From Candidatus Latescibacterota bacterium (lineage in GTDB: Bacteria; Latescibacterota; UBA2968; GCA-2709665), in NCBI GenBank assembly GCA_965208835.1, contig OZ242358.1, positions 1,504,001 to 1,568,000 on the forward strand: a DNA stretch of 64,000 bases. Reading direction: 5' to 3'. Each line of letters starts with the position of its first letter. The first letter of the stretch is position 1. A program made the translations under genes and the position numbers. A model generated the notes under the pieces. That model did not search any database. It was given only the letters and a program-made list of their open reading frames with translations, and had not been told where the DNA came from. This document shows, piece after piece, positions 38,856-49,893 of the stretch.

Positions 38856-38931
38856 TGGTGGAGCTGATCGGGATCGAACCGACGACCTCATGACTGCCAG
38901 TCATGCGCTCTCCCAGCTGAGCTACAGCCCC
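38856..38931 (-). tRNA. tRNA-Ala (GGC)
   Basis: GGGGCTGTAGCTCAGCTGGGAGAGCG CATGA CTGGCAG TCATG...GGTTCGATCCC...CTCCACCA, 76 nt with encoded CCA. Confidence 0.97.
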
Positions 38932-39063
38932 ACCGCTGGGCAATGAGGAGGAAGTGTAACAAAGCGTCGGTTTTCTGTCAAGCGAAAAGGCTCGAAAACG
39001 GCGCGTGAGGCCGGGCGAAATCGTGCGATTGTCGAAGCGTGCAGGCCGCGCATGACGGAGACC

Positions 39064-41112
<2,049 letters not shown>

Positions 41113-41222
41113 TCATTCCTGACTGACTGAAATCGAACAGTGAAGTGCGCTTATTTTAGGATAATCAATGAGTTGGGTCAAGCGCTAACCCATTGGCGCC
41201 AGACGAATGGCGTGGCGAAACA

Positions 41223-42098
41223 TCAAAGCGTGCCCGCGAGGATTGCGAGCAGTCCCAGCATCATTCCCGCCTTCAGAAACCGGTTGACCATGCGGAGGCG
41301 GCGGGTGTCCGGGACGTGGAGAACCGGTATCATGAGACAAACCAGCACGACATCGAGCAGGGAAACGAGGATGAGATAGGGGAGCCCGTAGAGGTGGAGG
41401 ATGTACGGGACCGGGGTGAGCAGAATCAGAAGCGCATAGGTGCCCGCGGCCAGGCGGCATGTTATGGCCGGCCCCCAGCGGAGGGGTAGGGTTCCGCCGG
41501 GCGCGATGCGGTCTCCCGGAATATCCTGGGCGTCTTTGAGGATTTCCCTGCCCAGATGATAGACGGTCGCAAACAAGGCGGGCACGGCGGCGGGCACGGG
41601 TGCGCCGACGGCGAATCCTCCGTAGAAGAAGGCCAGGCCGCAAAGGAGGCTTACCGCGAGGTTGCCGGCCAGCGGAATGTGCTTCAGCCGCCGGTTGTAG
41701 GCCACGAGGCACCCGCACGCGAAGAAAGCGGTCGCGATGGCTTCAGGCGGCAGAAACAGGCTCAGACCGACACCAACCGCCATGAAGAAAACGCATAGGA
41801 TACCTGCTGCGCGGGGAGTAAGGCGGTTCGAAGGAAGGGGCCTGTGCGGGTGGTTGACGCGATCGGTATCCAGATCCCACAGGTCGTTGAGCGCATTGCC
41901 GCCGGCCATGACGGCGGCCGCGGAGAGTGCGGCAACCCAGAGCGGCGCGGGCAGCGTGTGTACGCCCAGCCACCCACCCATCAGCACCGAGGCATAGGTG
42001 ATGAGACAGTTCTGCGGGCGCGTGATCTGAAGCATCGCGCGGAAGGCGTCGGCTACGGAAAGGTCAGACCGGAGCGGCGCCGGATTCCTCGAAGACAT
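41223..42098 (-). CDS. UbiA-superfamily prenyltransferase, DGGGP synthase-like
   Basis: TRPQNC, GNALNDLWDLDTDRVNHPHRPLPS, GREILKDAQDIPGD. Start uncertain. Confidence 0.82.
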   Translation of the reverse strand: MSSRNPAPLRSDLSVADAFRAMLQITRPQNCLITYASVLMGGWLGVHTLPAPLWVAALSAAAVMAGGNALNDLWDLDTDRVNHPHRPLPSNRLTPRAAGILCVFFMAVGVGLSLFLPPEAIATAFFACGCLVAYNRRLKHIPLAGNLAVSLLCGLAFFYGGFAVGAPVPAAVPALFATVYHLGREILKDAQDIPGDRIAPGGTLPLRWGPAITCRLAAGTYALLILLTPVPYILHLYGLPYLILVSLLDVVLVCLMIPVLHVPDTRRLRMVNRFLKAGMMLGLLAILAGTL

Positions 42099-43767
42099 CG
42101 GCGGCGTCCCGAATGGAATACCGGTAACCCTGTTCGGTAAGAAACATCTGGCGCTTGCGGGCGAATTCCAGCTCCCTGGTATCTCTTGTAACCAGGGTGT
42201 AGAAGTGAGCCAGGCTGCCGTTGGCCTTGGGCCGGAGTATGCGCCCCAGCCGCTGGGCTTCTTCCTGCCGCGAACCGAATGTTCCCGAAATCTGGATGGC
42301 AACGTTTGCGTCCGGCAGGTCGACGGCGAAATTGGCCACCTTGGAGACGACCATCAGCCGGATTTCGCCCTGCCGGAAACGCGCATACAGCAGGTCGCGC
42401 TCCTCGCTGGGGGTCTTGCCGGTAATGACGGGCGCCGCAAGTTCTCTGGCAAAGGCCTCCACCTGGTTGACATATTTACCGATGACCAGGACCTGATCCT
42501 TGTCGTGTTTACGGATAAGTTGCCTGGCCAGAGGAATCTTGGATGGATTCTCGGAGGCGATCCTGAACTTTCCGCGGCCGCCGGCAACAGCGTAGTCCAT
42601 GCGCAGGTGCTGGGGGAGCGGGAGGCGGATCTCACGGCACTCCGCCGTGGCAATCCAGCCCTTGGATTCCAGGTCGCGCCACGGCACGTCGAAGCGTTTC
42701 GGACCGATGAGACTGAAGACGTCCGCTTCCAGGCCGTCTTCCCGTACGAGCGTGGCCGTGAGTCCCAGCCTGCGTCTGGCCTGGAGTTCGGCGGTAAAGC
42801 GGAACACGGGCGCGGGCAGCAGGTGGACTTCGTCGTAGATAATGATGCCCCAGTTTCCCTGATTGAAGATGGCGAAATGGGGAAACGCGTCGCCCTTTTT
42901 CTTTCTGTACGTGAGAATATTGTAGGTAGCGACGGTGATGGGACGGATTTCCTTGACTTCGCCAGAGTATTCTCCGATCTGTTCCGGCTTCAGGTCCGTC
43001 TTGTCCAGCAGTTCCGCTATCCATTGGCGCGAGGCGGTGATGTTGGTGGTGAGGATGAGCGCCTGTGTCTGAAGACGTTCTATCGCGGCCATTCCCACAA
43101 TGGTCTTGCCCGCGCCGCAGGGCAGGACCACCACCCCGCTGCCGCCTTCCGGTCCCCCGCCCGCGTGAAAGATTTCCGCGGCCTCCCGCTGGTAGTCCCG
43201 CAGCCGGAAGGGTGCGCCGGAGCGGGTATTCGGAAGCCGCCGCAGCGCCAGGTGCCGACCGGGCACGTACCCCGCAAGGTCTTTGACCGGAAAGCCGATG
43301 CGTGTGAGCGCTTGTTTCAGGTGGCCGCGGTACAGCAGGTCGACTTTGAGACGCCGCGCGTCAATCCTGCGATTCAGATAGGGGCGCACCGACTTGTGCC
43401 TGGAGATTTCGGTGATGAGCAGCGGGTCGTCGGCGGAGAGGACGAGTTCTTTTCCGGATCGTTCCAGTCGAATACGACCGTATCGCCCCAGTGTTTCCCG
43501 GATTTCGACGGAGACGTTCTGGGGGATCTCGTATTTGCTGAAGGATTCCAGGGCGTCGGTGATTTCGGCCGCCGTCAGACCCGCGGCGGCGGCATTCCAG
43601 AGCGATAGCGGGCTGATGCGGTAGGTATGAATGTATTCGGGGCTTTTTTCCAGTTCGGCAAAGCGTGCCAGAACGTCCCGGGCGGCTTCATAACGTGGTC
43701 CGCCGACCTCCGCCAGAACAGTCATGTCGCTCTGCACGATTAGGGGATTTTGGGAATTGAATGACAT
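42064..43767 (-). CDS. XPB/Rad25-like SF2 DNA helicase
   Basis: NPLIVQSD...FAELEKSPEYIHTY N-terminal domain, LPCGAGKT, DEVH, TATLVRED, QEEAQRLGRILRPK. Confidence 0.93.
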   Translation of the reverse strand: MSFNSQNPLIVQSDMTVLAEVGGPRYEAARDVLARFAELEKSPEYIHTYRISPLSLWNAAAAGLTAAEITDALESFSKYEIPQNVSVEIRETLGRYGRIRLERSGKELVLSADDPLLITEISRHKSVRPYLNRRIDARRLKVDLLYRGHLKQALTRIGFPVKDLAGYVPGRHLALRRLPNTRSGAPFRLRDYQREAAEIFHAGGGPEGGSGVVVLPCGAGKTIVGMAAIERLQTQALILTTNITASRQWIAELLDKTDLKPEQIGEYSGEVKEIRPITVATYNILTYRKKKGDAFPHFAIFNQGNWGIIIYDEVHLLPAPVFRFTAELQARRRLGLTATLVREDGLEADVFSLIGPKRFDVPWRDLESKGWIATAECREIRLPLPQHLRMDYAVAGGRGKFRIASENPSKIPLARQLIRKHDKDQVLVIGKYVNQVEAFARELAAPVITGKTPSEERDLLYARFRQGEIRLMVVSKVANFAVDLPDANVAIQISGTFGSRQEEAQRLGRILRPKANGSLAHFYTLVTRDTRELEFARKRQMFLTEQGYRYSIRDAADVFEESGAAPV

Positions 43768-43962
43768 AGATGCTGGAGACGGGCAAGCAGTATACGGGAG
43801 AAAGCCGGGAAGGTTGGAACGCTGTTCAGGGAGGTCTGCGCATACGTGATCGACCGTCCGAAATCAGCGTCCGGTCAGGCTTTGGGCCTGTCTGAATGGA
43901 GGTCCTCAGCGACCGGGTATCAGTTGGGTTTGCGCCGCGCAAGACCTATCGCAAGGTCTATA

Positions 43963-43991
43963 AGGATACGCACGGGGAGTATAATTGTCAA
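43963..43991 (-). promoter_or_regulatory. Candidate sigma70 promoter for the helicase operon
   Basis: Minus strand TTGACA-17 bp-TATCCT. Confidence 0.5.
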
Positions 43992-44037
43992 TCGGTTTTC
44001 CGCGGTCTGGAACCACGAGCGAATTAAAGAAAATAAT

Positions 44038-44066
44038 TTGACTTTAAACGCAGGTTTACATAAAAT
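44038..44066 (+). promoter_or_regulatory. Sigma70-type promoter
   Basis: TTGACT-17 bp-TAAAAT with an AT-rich upstream element. Confidence 0.65.
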
Positions 44067-44208
44067 TGAATGACTGATAATTTAAAGTGGGCCAGTGGTT
44101 TCCGGCGTCCGTGTTTCAAACTGCCGCCGGCTGTTTTCGCCTTGTGGGGCGGGGAGATGCCGGGTTGTTTCGGGAGGAGCCACAATTCCAGTGGAGGGGA
44201 GGGTCAGG

Positions 44209-44400
44209 ATGGAGGATCAATTCACACGGTGTTTGAAGTGTGATAAAGGCGTCTTGCTTCCTTTATCAGACTACGGGCGTGACGGTGCGCCTATTCACTA
44301 TAAGGCCTGGGTTTGCAGCAACCCCGACTGCGGGTTCAATCTGCGGATCGATAACGGCGAAATCAGCATGGGAAGGAATATCGCCGAATCGTACAAGTAG
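44209..44400 (+). CDS. Small zinc-ribbon-like hypothetical protein (63 aa)
   Basis: CLKC...CSNPDC, GGAGG RBS, own promoter. Confidence 0.72.
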   Translation: MEDQFTRCLKCDKGVLLPLSDYGRDGAPIHYKAWVCSNPDCGFNLRIDNGEISMGRNIAESYK

Positions 44401-44884
44401 TCTTATGGACAGTCCGTTGGAAAAGTCGCTCTGCAGGCGAGGCCGAGCCATTGTGGCCGAAGACAAGGCGCGCGACCGAGTCCCATCCTGCGATTCGGCG
44501 AGGGCGCGCAACGCGGTATTTCGGCCTCAAGGGCCGGCCGTAGACCGGATGGTCTTTTTCAACGGGCTGATAAGGCCAACCCGTTTCAAGTTCGGAAAAC
44601 ACAGCCCGTCGCGGATGACGATCCGGACGGATGGCGTTGAGACACTGACTCAAAATGGCAACAGCTGTGCACTCCGCCCGGTATCGATGTCGCCGGTTTC
44701 CGCGACCGGGTCCGGATTATTCGCGGTGCCATCTGTCGATATCGTCGGCTGCCGTCTCATCTTTTGAAGGTTTTTTTCAACCGGTTTTCCATTTCTTTCC
44801 TGCCTCGCCCTGGGCCATCCCCTGACCAACGGGGGTGGCACTTTATTTCCGGCGTCCGCCCACCTCCGAGTCTATAGCGTCCAT

Positions 44885-45937
44885 ATGGCTTTTCATTCCA
44901 GGGACTCCGTTCAGCCCGTATGGGATCGCCCTGTACTGGGCATCGAAACCTCGTGCGACGAAACAGCTGCCGCCGTTGTGGCCGGCAGCCGTATTCTGTC
45001 AAACGTGATATTTTCCCAGACAGAGCACAGTCTCTACGGCGGCGTGGTCCCCGAACTGGCGTCGCGGAACCATGTGCGCAAGATCGTGCCGGTCGTACGT
45101 GAGGCGCTGTCTCGGGCCGGAATCGGGCTGGATGAACTCGGAGGAATCGCGGTCACCCGCGGGCCGGGCCTCGTCGGGTGCCTACTGGTGGGTATTTCGA
45201 CCGCAAAAGGGCTGGCGTTCGGCAGCGGCCGTCCGCTGATCGGCGTGCATCACATCGAGGGGCATCTCTTCGCCGGACTGCTTGGCGATACCGACCTTTG
45301 CCCGCCCTTTCTTGCCCTGGTGATTTCCGGTGGCCATACCCAGTTGATCCACGTGCGACGCTGGGGTCTGTACGAGATCTGCGGCGAAACAAGGGACGAC
45401 GCGGCGGGGGAAGCCTTCGACAAGGTTGCGAAGATGCTGGGGTTGCTGAAATCCGGCGAAACGACCATGGGGGGGCCGGTCATTTCGCGGCTGGCGGAAG
45501 AGGGCGACGCCGACGCTTTTGCGTTTCCGCGGGGGCTCCGTCGGCAGGACGGGTTCGAGTTCAGCTTCAGCGGGATCAAGACATCGGTCCTGTATCACCT
45601 CAAGAGCATTTCCGAAGCCGACGTCGCAGAGCAACAGGCGGATATCGCCGCCAGTTTCCAGGCGGCGGTTGTCGACGTGCTTGTGGAAAAGACAATTCGA
45701 GCGGCAGGCACGCTGAATCTGGGTCGGATTCTGTTGACGGGCGGCGTGGCGGCGAATCGGCGGCTGCGGGAAGAGATGCAGCGCGCCGCCATGGAATACG
45801 GCGTGGAGGTCTGCTTTCCGCCGCCGGTTCTTTGTACCGACAATGCGGCGATGATCGCGTGCGCCGGGGGTTTCCGGCTTGGCAGGGGCGAGCGAACGGG
45901 GCGGGATCTGGATGCCGATCCAAGGATGAAACTATAG
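44885..45937 (+). CDS. tsaD: tRNA N6-threonylcarbamoyltransferase
   Basis: LGIETSCDET, GGVVPELASRNH, HHIEGH, SGGHT, DDAAGEAFDK, TDNAAMIA. Confidence 0.97.
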   Translation: MAFHSRDSVQPVWDRPVLGIETSCDETAAAVVAGSRILSNVIFSQTEHSLYGGVVPELASRNHVRKIVPVVREALSRAGIGLDELGGIAVTRGPGLVGCLLVGISTAKGLAFGSGRPLIGVHHIEGHLFAGLLGDTDLCPPFLALVISGGHTQLIHVRRWGLYEICGETRDDAAGEAFDKVAKMLGLLKSGETTMGGPVISRLAEEGDADAFAFPRGLRRQDGFEFSFSGIKTSVLYHLKSISEADVAEQQADIAASFQAAVVDVLVEKTIRAAGTLNLGRILLTGGVAANRRLREEMQRAAMEYGVEVCFPPPVLCTDNAAMIACAGGFRLGRGERTGRDLDADPRMKL

Positions 45938-45940
45938 TCT

Positions 45941-48109
45941 ATGTTCCACCTGTCAGATCTGGATCTGAGTTTGCGCGACGGATTGTGGATCGGTCTGCTC
46001 GCGCCGGTCTGTGTCTACCTGGCGTGGCAAGTGTACCGTACGCGAAAACAGGGATTCCGGTTGGCACGTTGGTTGCTTGTATTCCGGAGCACCGCGTTCC
46101 TTCTATTGCTGGCGTTGTTGATGGAACCGGTCCTGGCGCTTACGTTGCGGCGCGAGCGGAAACCGCTGGTGGCCGTCCTGGTGGACGACAGCGAAAGTAT
46201 GCGCATCGAGGACGCCGGGCGGAGACGCGGCGATCTCGCGATTGAGCTTCTCAAAAGCGGCGTGTTCGAAACGCTGGAGTCACGAGCACGGGTCGCCCGG
46301 TATCGCTTTTCCGAGTGGCTGGCGCCCTTGCCGCCGGCGAGCCTGGACTCATTGCGCTTCGACGGGCGCGCGACGGACCTGGCCGCGGCTCTGGATCTGC
46401 TGAGGGAGGAGACGGCCGGCGAGGGAATGGTCGCCGCAGTGCTGATTTCCGACGGGGCGCACAACCTGGGCGCGAGGCCGCAACGGGCCGCGCTCGAGTT
46501 GGGCGCGCCCGTGTTTTCGGTTGGCGTAGGGAGCGCGGATGCGCCTAAGGATGCGGCAATCGTATCGGCCGTATGCGATCCGATGGTCTACGTCGGGCGC
46601 ACGTTGTCAATTTCGGTAGGACTGAAGTCCAGCGGATGTGAAGGTGCAAATTCGCTTTTGGTTGTGGAAGAGGAGGGGCGCCGGGTGGCGGAGGCGCCGG
46701 TCACCCTGGCGGACGGCGAGCAGGAGGTCCAGTTTTCTGTAGCGCCGGAACGGGCGGGCCGGCGTGTCTATCGGATTCATCTCGCGTCCCTGCCGAGGGA
46801 ACGCGCTACCGCGAACAATACCGCCGTCGTCTCGGCGGAGGTTATCGAAAACCGGCTGCGCGTCCGGATCGTGGCGGGTTCCCCGAGTGCGGATCTTGCC
46901 TATCTGCGCAGGGTGCTGGAAACCAACGACAATCTTCAGGTGGAATTGCTCGTCGCCGACAGAACGGGTGCATGGCCTTTTCGAATACAGGCGGTACTGG
47001 CCGACCCGGACTTCTCGGGGCTCCTCGTTCTGTTCGATCTGCCCGGCGAGATCATCTCGGGGCAAACCGGACGGCGGCTGGCCGAATACGTGGAATCCGG
47101 CGGTGCGATGCTCGTGGTCGGTGGGCGGGCGGGATTCAACGGGACCTACGCCAGGTCGCCGATTGCGCGCGTTCTGCCGGTCGTGTGTGCTCAGGACGCC
47201 GATACGTATCGGGAGGCGCCGTTTCAGCTTGAATTGTCGCGGTCAGGAACCGTGCATCCCGTTCTTCGGATCTCGGACGACCCACTGGCGGACCGGCAGG
47301 CCTGGAGCGATCTGCCGCCGCTTCTGGCCTGTAATGTAAACCATGGGATTCAAGGCGATGCCGAAACCGTCATCTATCATCCGATCGAGCGGGCGGGCGG
47401 GGAGAAGATGCCGCTGGTTGCTGTGCGCCGCGCAGGGCGGGGCAAAGTGATGGCCGTGGCGGTGAGGACGTTCTGGCGGCTCGGTCTCATGATGTGGGGC
47501 GTCGGCAAGAACGACGAGGTTTCGAAGGCCTTCTGGGCGAATTCGGTGCAGTGGCTGGTCAAACGGGAGGATGTCGACCGTGTTCAGGTGGAGGTGGACA
47601 AGCCGGTCTATCGCAGCGGTGCCCCGGTGACGTTCCGCGCCCGTGTCTTCAACGAGTTGCTTCAGCCGCAAGCGGGCGCCCGAGTGGTGCTCTCGGTGGT
47701 TGACGAGGGCCGCGTGCGGCAGACGATTCTGGACGATGAAGGCCAGGGGCGTTACCGTGGGCAACTGAAAGCGGGCGCCCAGGGAGAGTACGCGTTTGAA
47801 GTTCAGGCACGGTCAGGCGGCGTGGAATTGGGCAGAGCCAAAGGGCGATACACCGTGGGCCGTTACAGTCTGGAGTTCGAAGACACGCGGCTGAACAGAG
47901 ACCTTCTCGAAAGCGTCGCCGCACAGAGCGGAGGCGTGTTTGCGTCGCCCGATCGCTTGAGTGCGGTGTTGAACGACCTTGACCTTGCGCCGCAGGCGGT
48001 GGCGGAGTCGTACCGGGCACGGTTGTGGGGAAAACCGTGGCCGCTTTTCGTTCTCATCCTGCTCCTGGGAGTGGAATGGACAGCCAGGCGCAGGCGAGGA
48101 ATGATATGA
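45941..48109 (+). CDS. Membrane-anchored VWA + GATase1-like domain protein
   Basis: N-terminal TMs, VLVDDSES MIDAS-like motif, LISDG, GGAMLVVGG, C-terminal EWTARRRRG. Confidence 0.75.
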   Translation: MFHLSDLDLSLRDGLWIGLLAPVCVYLAWQVYRTRKQGFRLARWLLVFRSTAFLLLLALLMEPVLALTLRRERKPLVAVLVDDSESMRIEDAGRRRGDLAIELLKSGVFETLESRARVARYRFSEWLAPLPPASLDSLRFDGRATDLAAALDLLREETAGEGMVAAVLISDGAHNLGARPQRAALELGAPVFSVGVGSADAPKDAAIVSAVCDPMVYVGRTLSISVGLKSSGCEGANSLLVVEEEGRRVAEAPVTLADGEQEVQFSVAPERAGRRVYRIHLASLPRERATANNTAVVSAEVIENRLRVRIVAGSPSADLAYLRRVLETNDNLQVELLVADRTGAWPFRIQAVLADPDFSGLLVLFDLPGEIISGQTGRRLAEYVESGGAMLVVGGRAGFNGTYARSPIARVLPVVCAQDADTYREAPFQLELSRSGTVHPVLRISDDPLADRQAWSDLPPLLACNVNHGIQGDAETVIYHPIERAGGEKMPLVAVRRAGRGKVMAVAVRTFWRLGLMMWGVGKNDEVSKAFWANSVQWLVKREDVDRVQVEVDKPVYRSGAPVTFRARVFNELLQPQAGARVVLSVVDEGRVRQTILDDEGQGRYRGQLKAGAQGEYAFEVQARSGGVELGRAKGRYTVGRYSLEFEDTRLNRDLLESVAAQSGGVFASPDRLSAVLNDLDLAPQAVAESYRARLWGKPWPLFVLILLLGVEWTARRRRGMI

Positions 48110-49800
48110 ACGGGCTTTCGACCGGTCGGTGTGTCGGAGTTCCCGGAACCGGTATCAGGTGGGTTGCCGGAAGCATTGCCGTGCTTCTGAGTGTCATGAT
48201 TTCATGCGCCAGGGCGGAAGGCCGCGTGGTGATCAGCGAGGTGATGTTCGATCCATCCGGTAGCGAGTTTTACGACGAGTTTATTGAGATACAGAATACG
48301 GGGAGCGAGCCCGTGGACCTGGCCGGATGGATGGCCGGGGACGGCGACGAGGCGGACGGCCTGGTCTTCGAAGGCGGGTCCGTGCTGCAGCCAGGGGCGT
48401 TCGGGTTGATTCTGGACTCCGGGTATTTTGCGCACTCGACCCGGTACGATCCTCTGCCCCCGTCAGCATTGATCCTGACGGTGGCTGACGCCACGATCGG
48501 AAACTCGGGATTGAGCAACTCCACCCCGGAGCGGATCGTACTGGTTTCGTCGGCCGGCGACACCGTGGGCGTGATGGTGTACACGACGGGAAACAAGCCG
48601 GGGTTTTCAGAGGAGAAAGTGGACCCCGACGGCGGCGACGAACCGGAGAACTGGATGGATTCACGGTGGGAGGGAGGGACACCGGGACGCGTCAACAGCG
48701 TCAGTCCCAAACACTACGACCTGGCGCTGGAAAGGGTCTCGGAATCGCCGTTTCCGGTTCCTGCGGGCGCCGCACGGGATTTTGTGCTGCAGGTGATAAA
48801 CCGGGGGCGCCGGGCGGCTTCGGCGTTTTCCGTAACGATGCAGGGAATTGCCGCGTGGCGTAGGGATTTCCCGGGCCTGGAGCCTGCCGGGCTTCTCCGG
48901 GTCGAGACGCCAGTCGGTACTGTACCTCCGGGACGACACGAATACGTGGCCGGGATCGTGTTCGATGCCGATGAGGATAGTTCGAACAATCAGGTGACCT
49001 GGACTGTGCTCGGCGGCGTCGGACCCCGTGCGGTGATCGTCAACGAAGTGATGTATGCTCCGTTGGAGGGTGACCCGGGGTGGGTGGAGCTCCACAACCG
49101 ATCCGGGCAGGCGCTGGACGTGACCGCGTGGCGAATTGAGGACGCGAAGTCTCCGGGAGACCCGTTTGATAGCGGACACATTCGAATGCAGCCCGATGCG
49201 TACATGGTCGTGGCCGAGGACGAGGACCGGTTCTACAGCCGGTTTCCCGACCGGACGGTTCATGTTGTTGCGCCCGGGAGATGGGCTCGTCTGAACGACA
49301 GCGGCGACGTCGTCGTCGTACGCGATGCAACCGGCGCCGTTGTGGACAGCATGGTGTACGATCCCGCGGCTTCTACAGGGCGGTCTCTCGAACGAATCTC
49401 AGGCTCAGGACCGAGTGTCGATTTGCTGAACTGGCTGGCGAGTACCCACGAGGACGGGGCGACGCCGGGGCGTGTGAACAGCGTGGCGCTGCAAGGTGGC
49501 ATCGATACTGTCAGCCTCCTGGCCGAGCCGAATCCTTTTTACGATCGGGTGGAAATACGCTATCTGCTTCCAACGCCGCGCGCCGACGTGAATCTGTGGG
49601 TGTACGACAGGTCCGGCCATCAGGTAAAGACGCTCCTCAATGCGGCTTCCGGCGGCAGCCGGCGGCGTGTGACCTGGGACGGGTCGGGTGAAAACGGCAC
49701 GCAGTTGAAGCCCGGCATTTATATCTTATTTTTGGAGACTTCGTACAAAGGCCGTATCTTTAGAACCAAAGCCCCTGTCGTACTGGCGAGAGGCTTGTAA
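48106..49800 (+). CDS. Secreted protein with two lamin-tail domains, a CARDB-like domain and a FlgD-Ig C-terminal domain
   Basis: VVISEVMFDP...EFIEIQN, VIVNEVMY...WVELHN, GTPG repeats, EPNPF...WDG...PGIY tail. Confidence 0.78.
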   Translation: MNGLSTGRCVGVPGTGIRWVAGSIAVLLSVMISCARAEGRVVISEVMFDPSGSEFYDEFIEIQNTGSEPVDLAGWMAGDGDEADGLVFEGGSVLQPGAFGLILDSGYFAHSTRYDPLPPSALILTVADATIGNSGLSNSTPERIVLVSSAGDTVGVMVYTTGNKPGFSEEKVDPDGGDEPENWMDSRWEGGTPGRVNSVSPKHYDLALERVSESPFPVPAGAARDFVLQVINRGRRAASAFSVTMQGIAAWRRDFPGLEPAGLLRVETPVGTVPPGRHEYVAGIVFDADEDSSNNQVTWTVLGGVGPRAVIVNEVMYAPLEGDPGWVELHNRSGQALDVTAWRIEDAKSPGDPFDSGHIRMQPDAYMVVAEDEDRFYSRFPDRTVHVVAPGRWARLNDSGDVVVVRDATGAVVDSMVYDPAASTGRSLERISGSGPSVDLLNWLASTHEDGATPGRVNSVALQGGIDTVSLLAEPNPFYDRVEIRYLLPTPRADVNLWVYDRSGHQVKTLLNAASGGSRRRVTWDGSGENGTQLKPGIYILFLETSYKGRIFRTKAPVVLARGL

Positions 49801-49893
49801 CCTGCGGTGCCGGCGAATCCCCTGCGCCGGAGTATCAGATTAAATACGCGTGTACTCTCCCCTTGTATGCATCAAGACAAGGGCGGCACCTAT

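Noticed and set aside
38495-38943. Short ORFs around the tRNA as genes or an integrase remnant
   Set aside because: They overlap the tRNA and its terminator and show no recombinase motifs.
44400-44880. ORFs in the gap upstream of tsaD
   Set aside because: No recognisable motifs or convincing RBS, so left unannotated.
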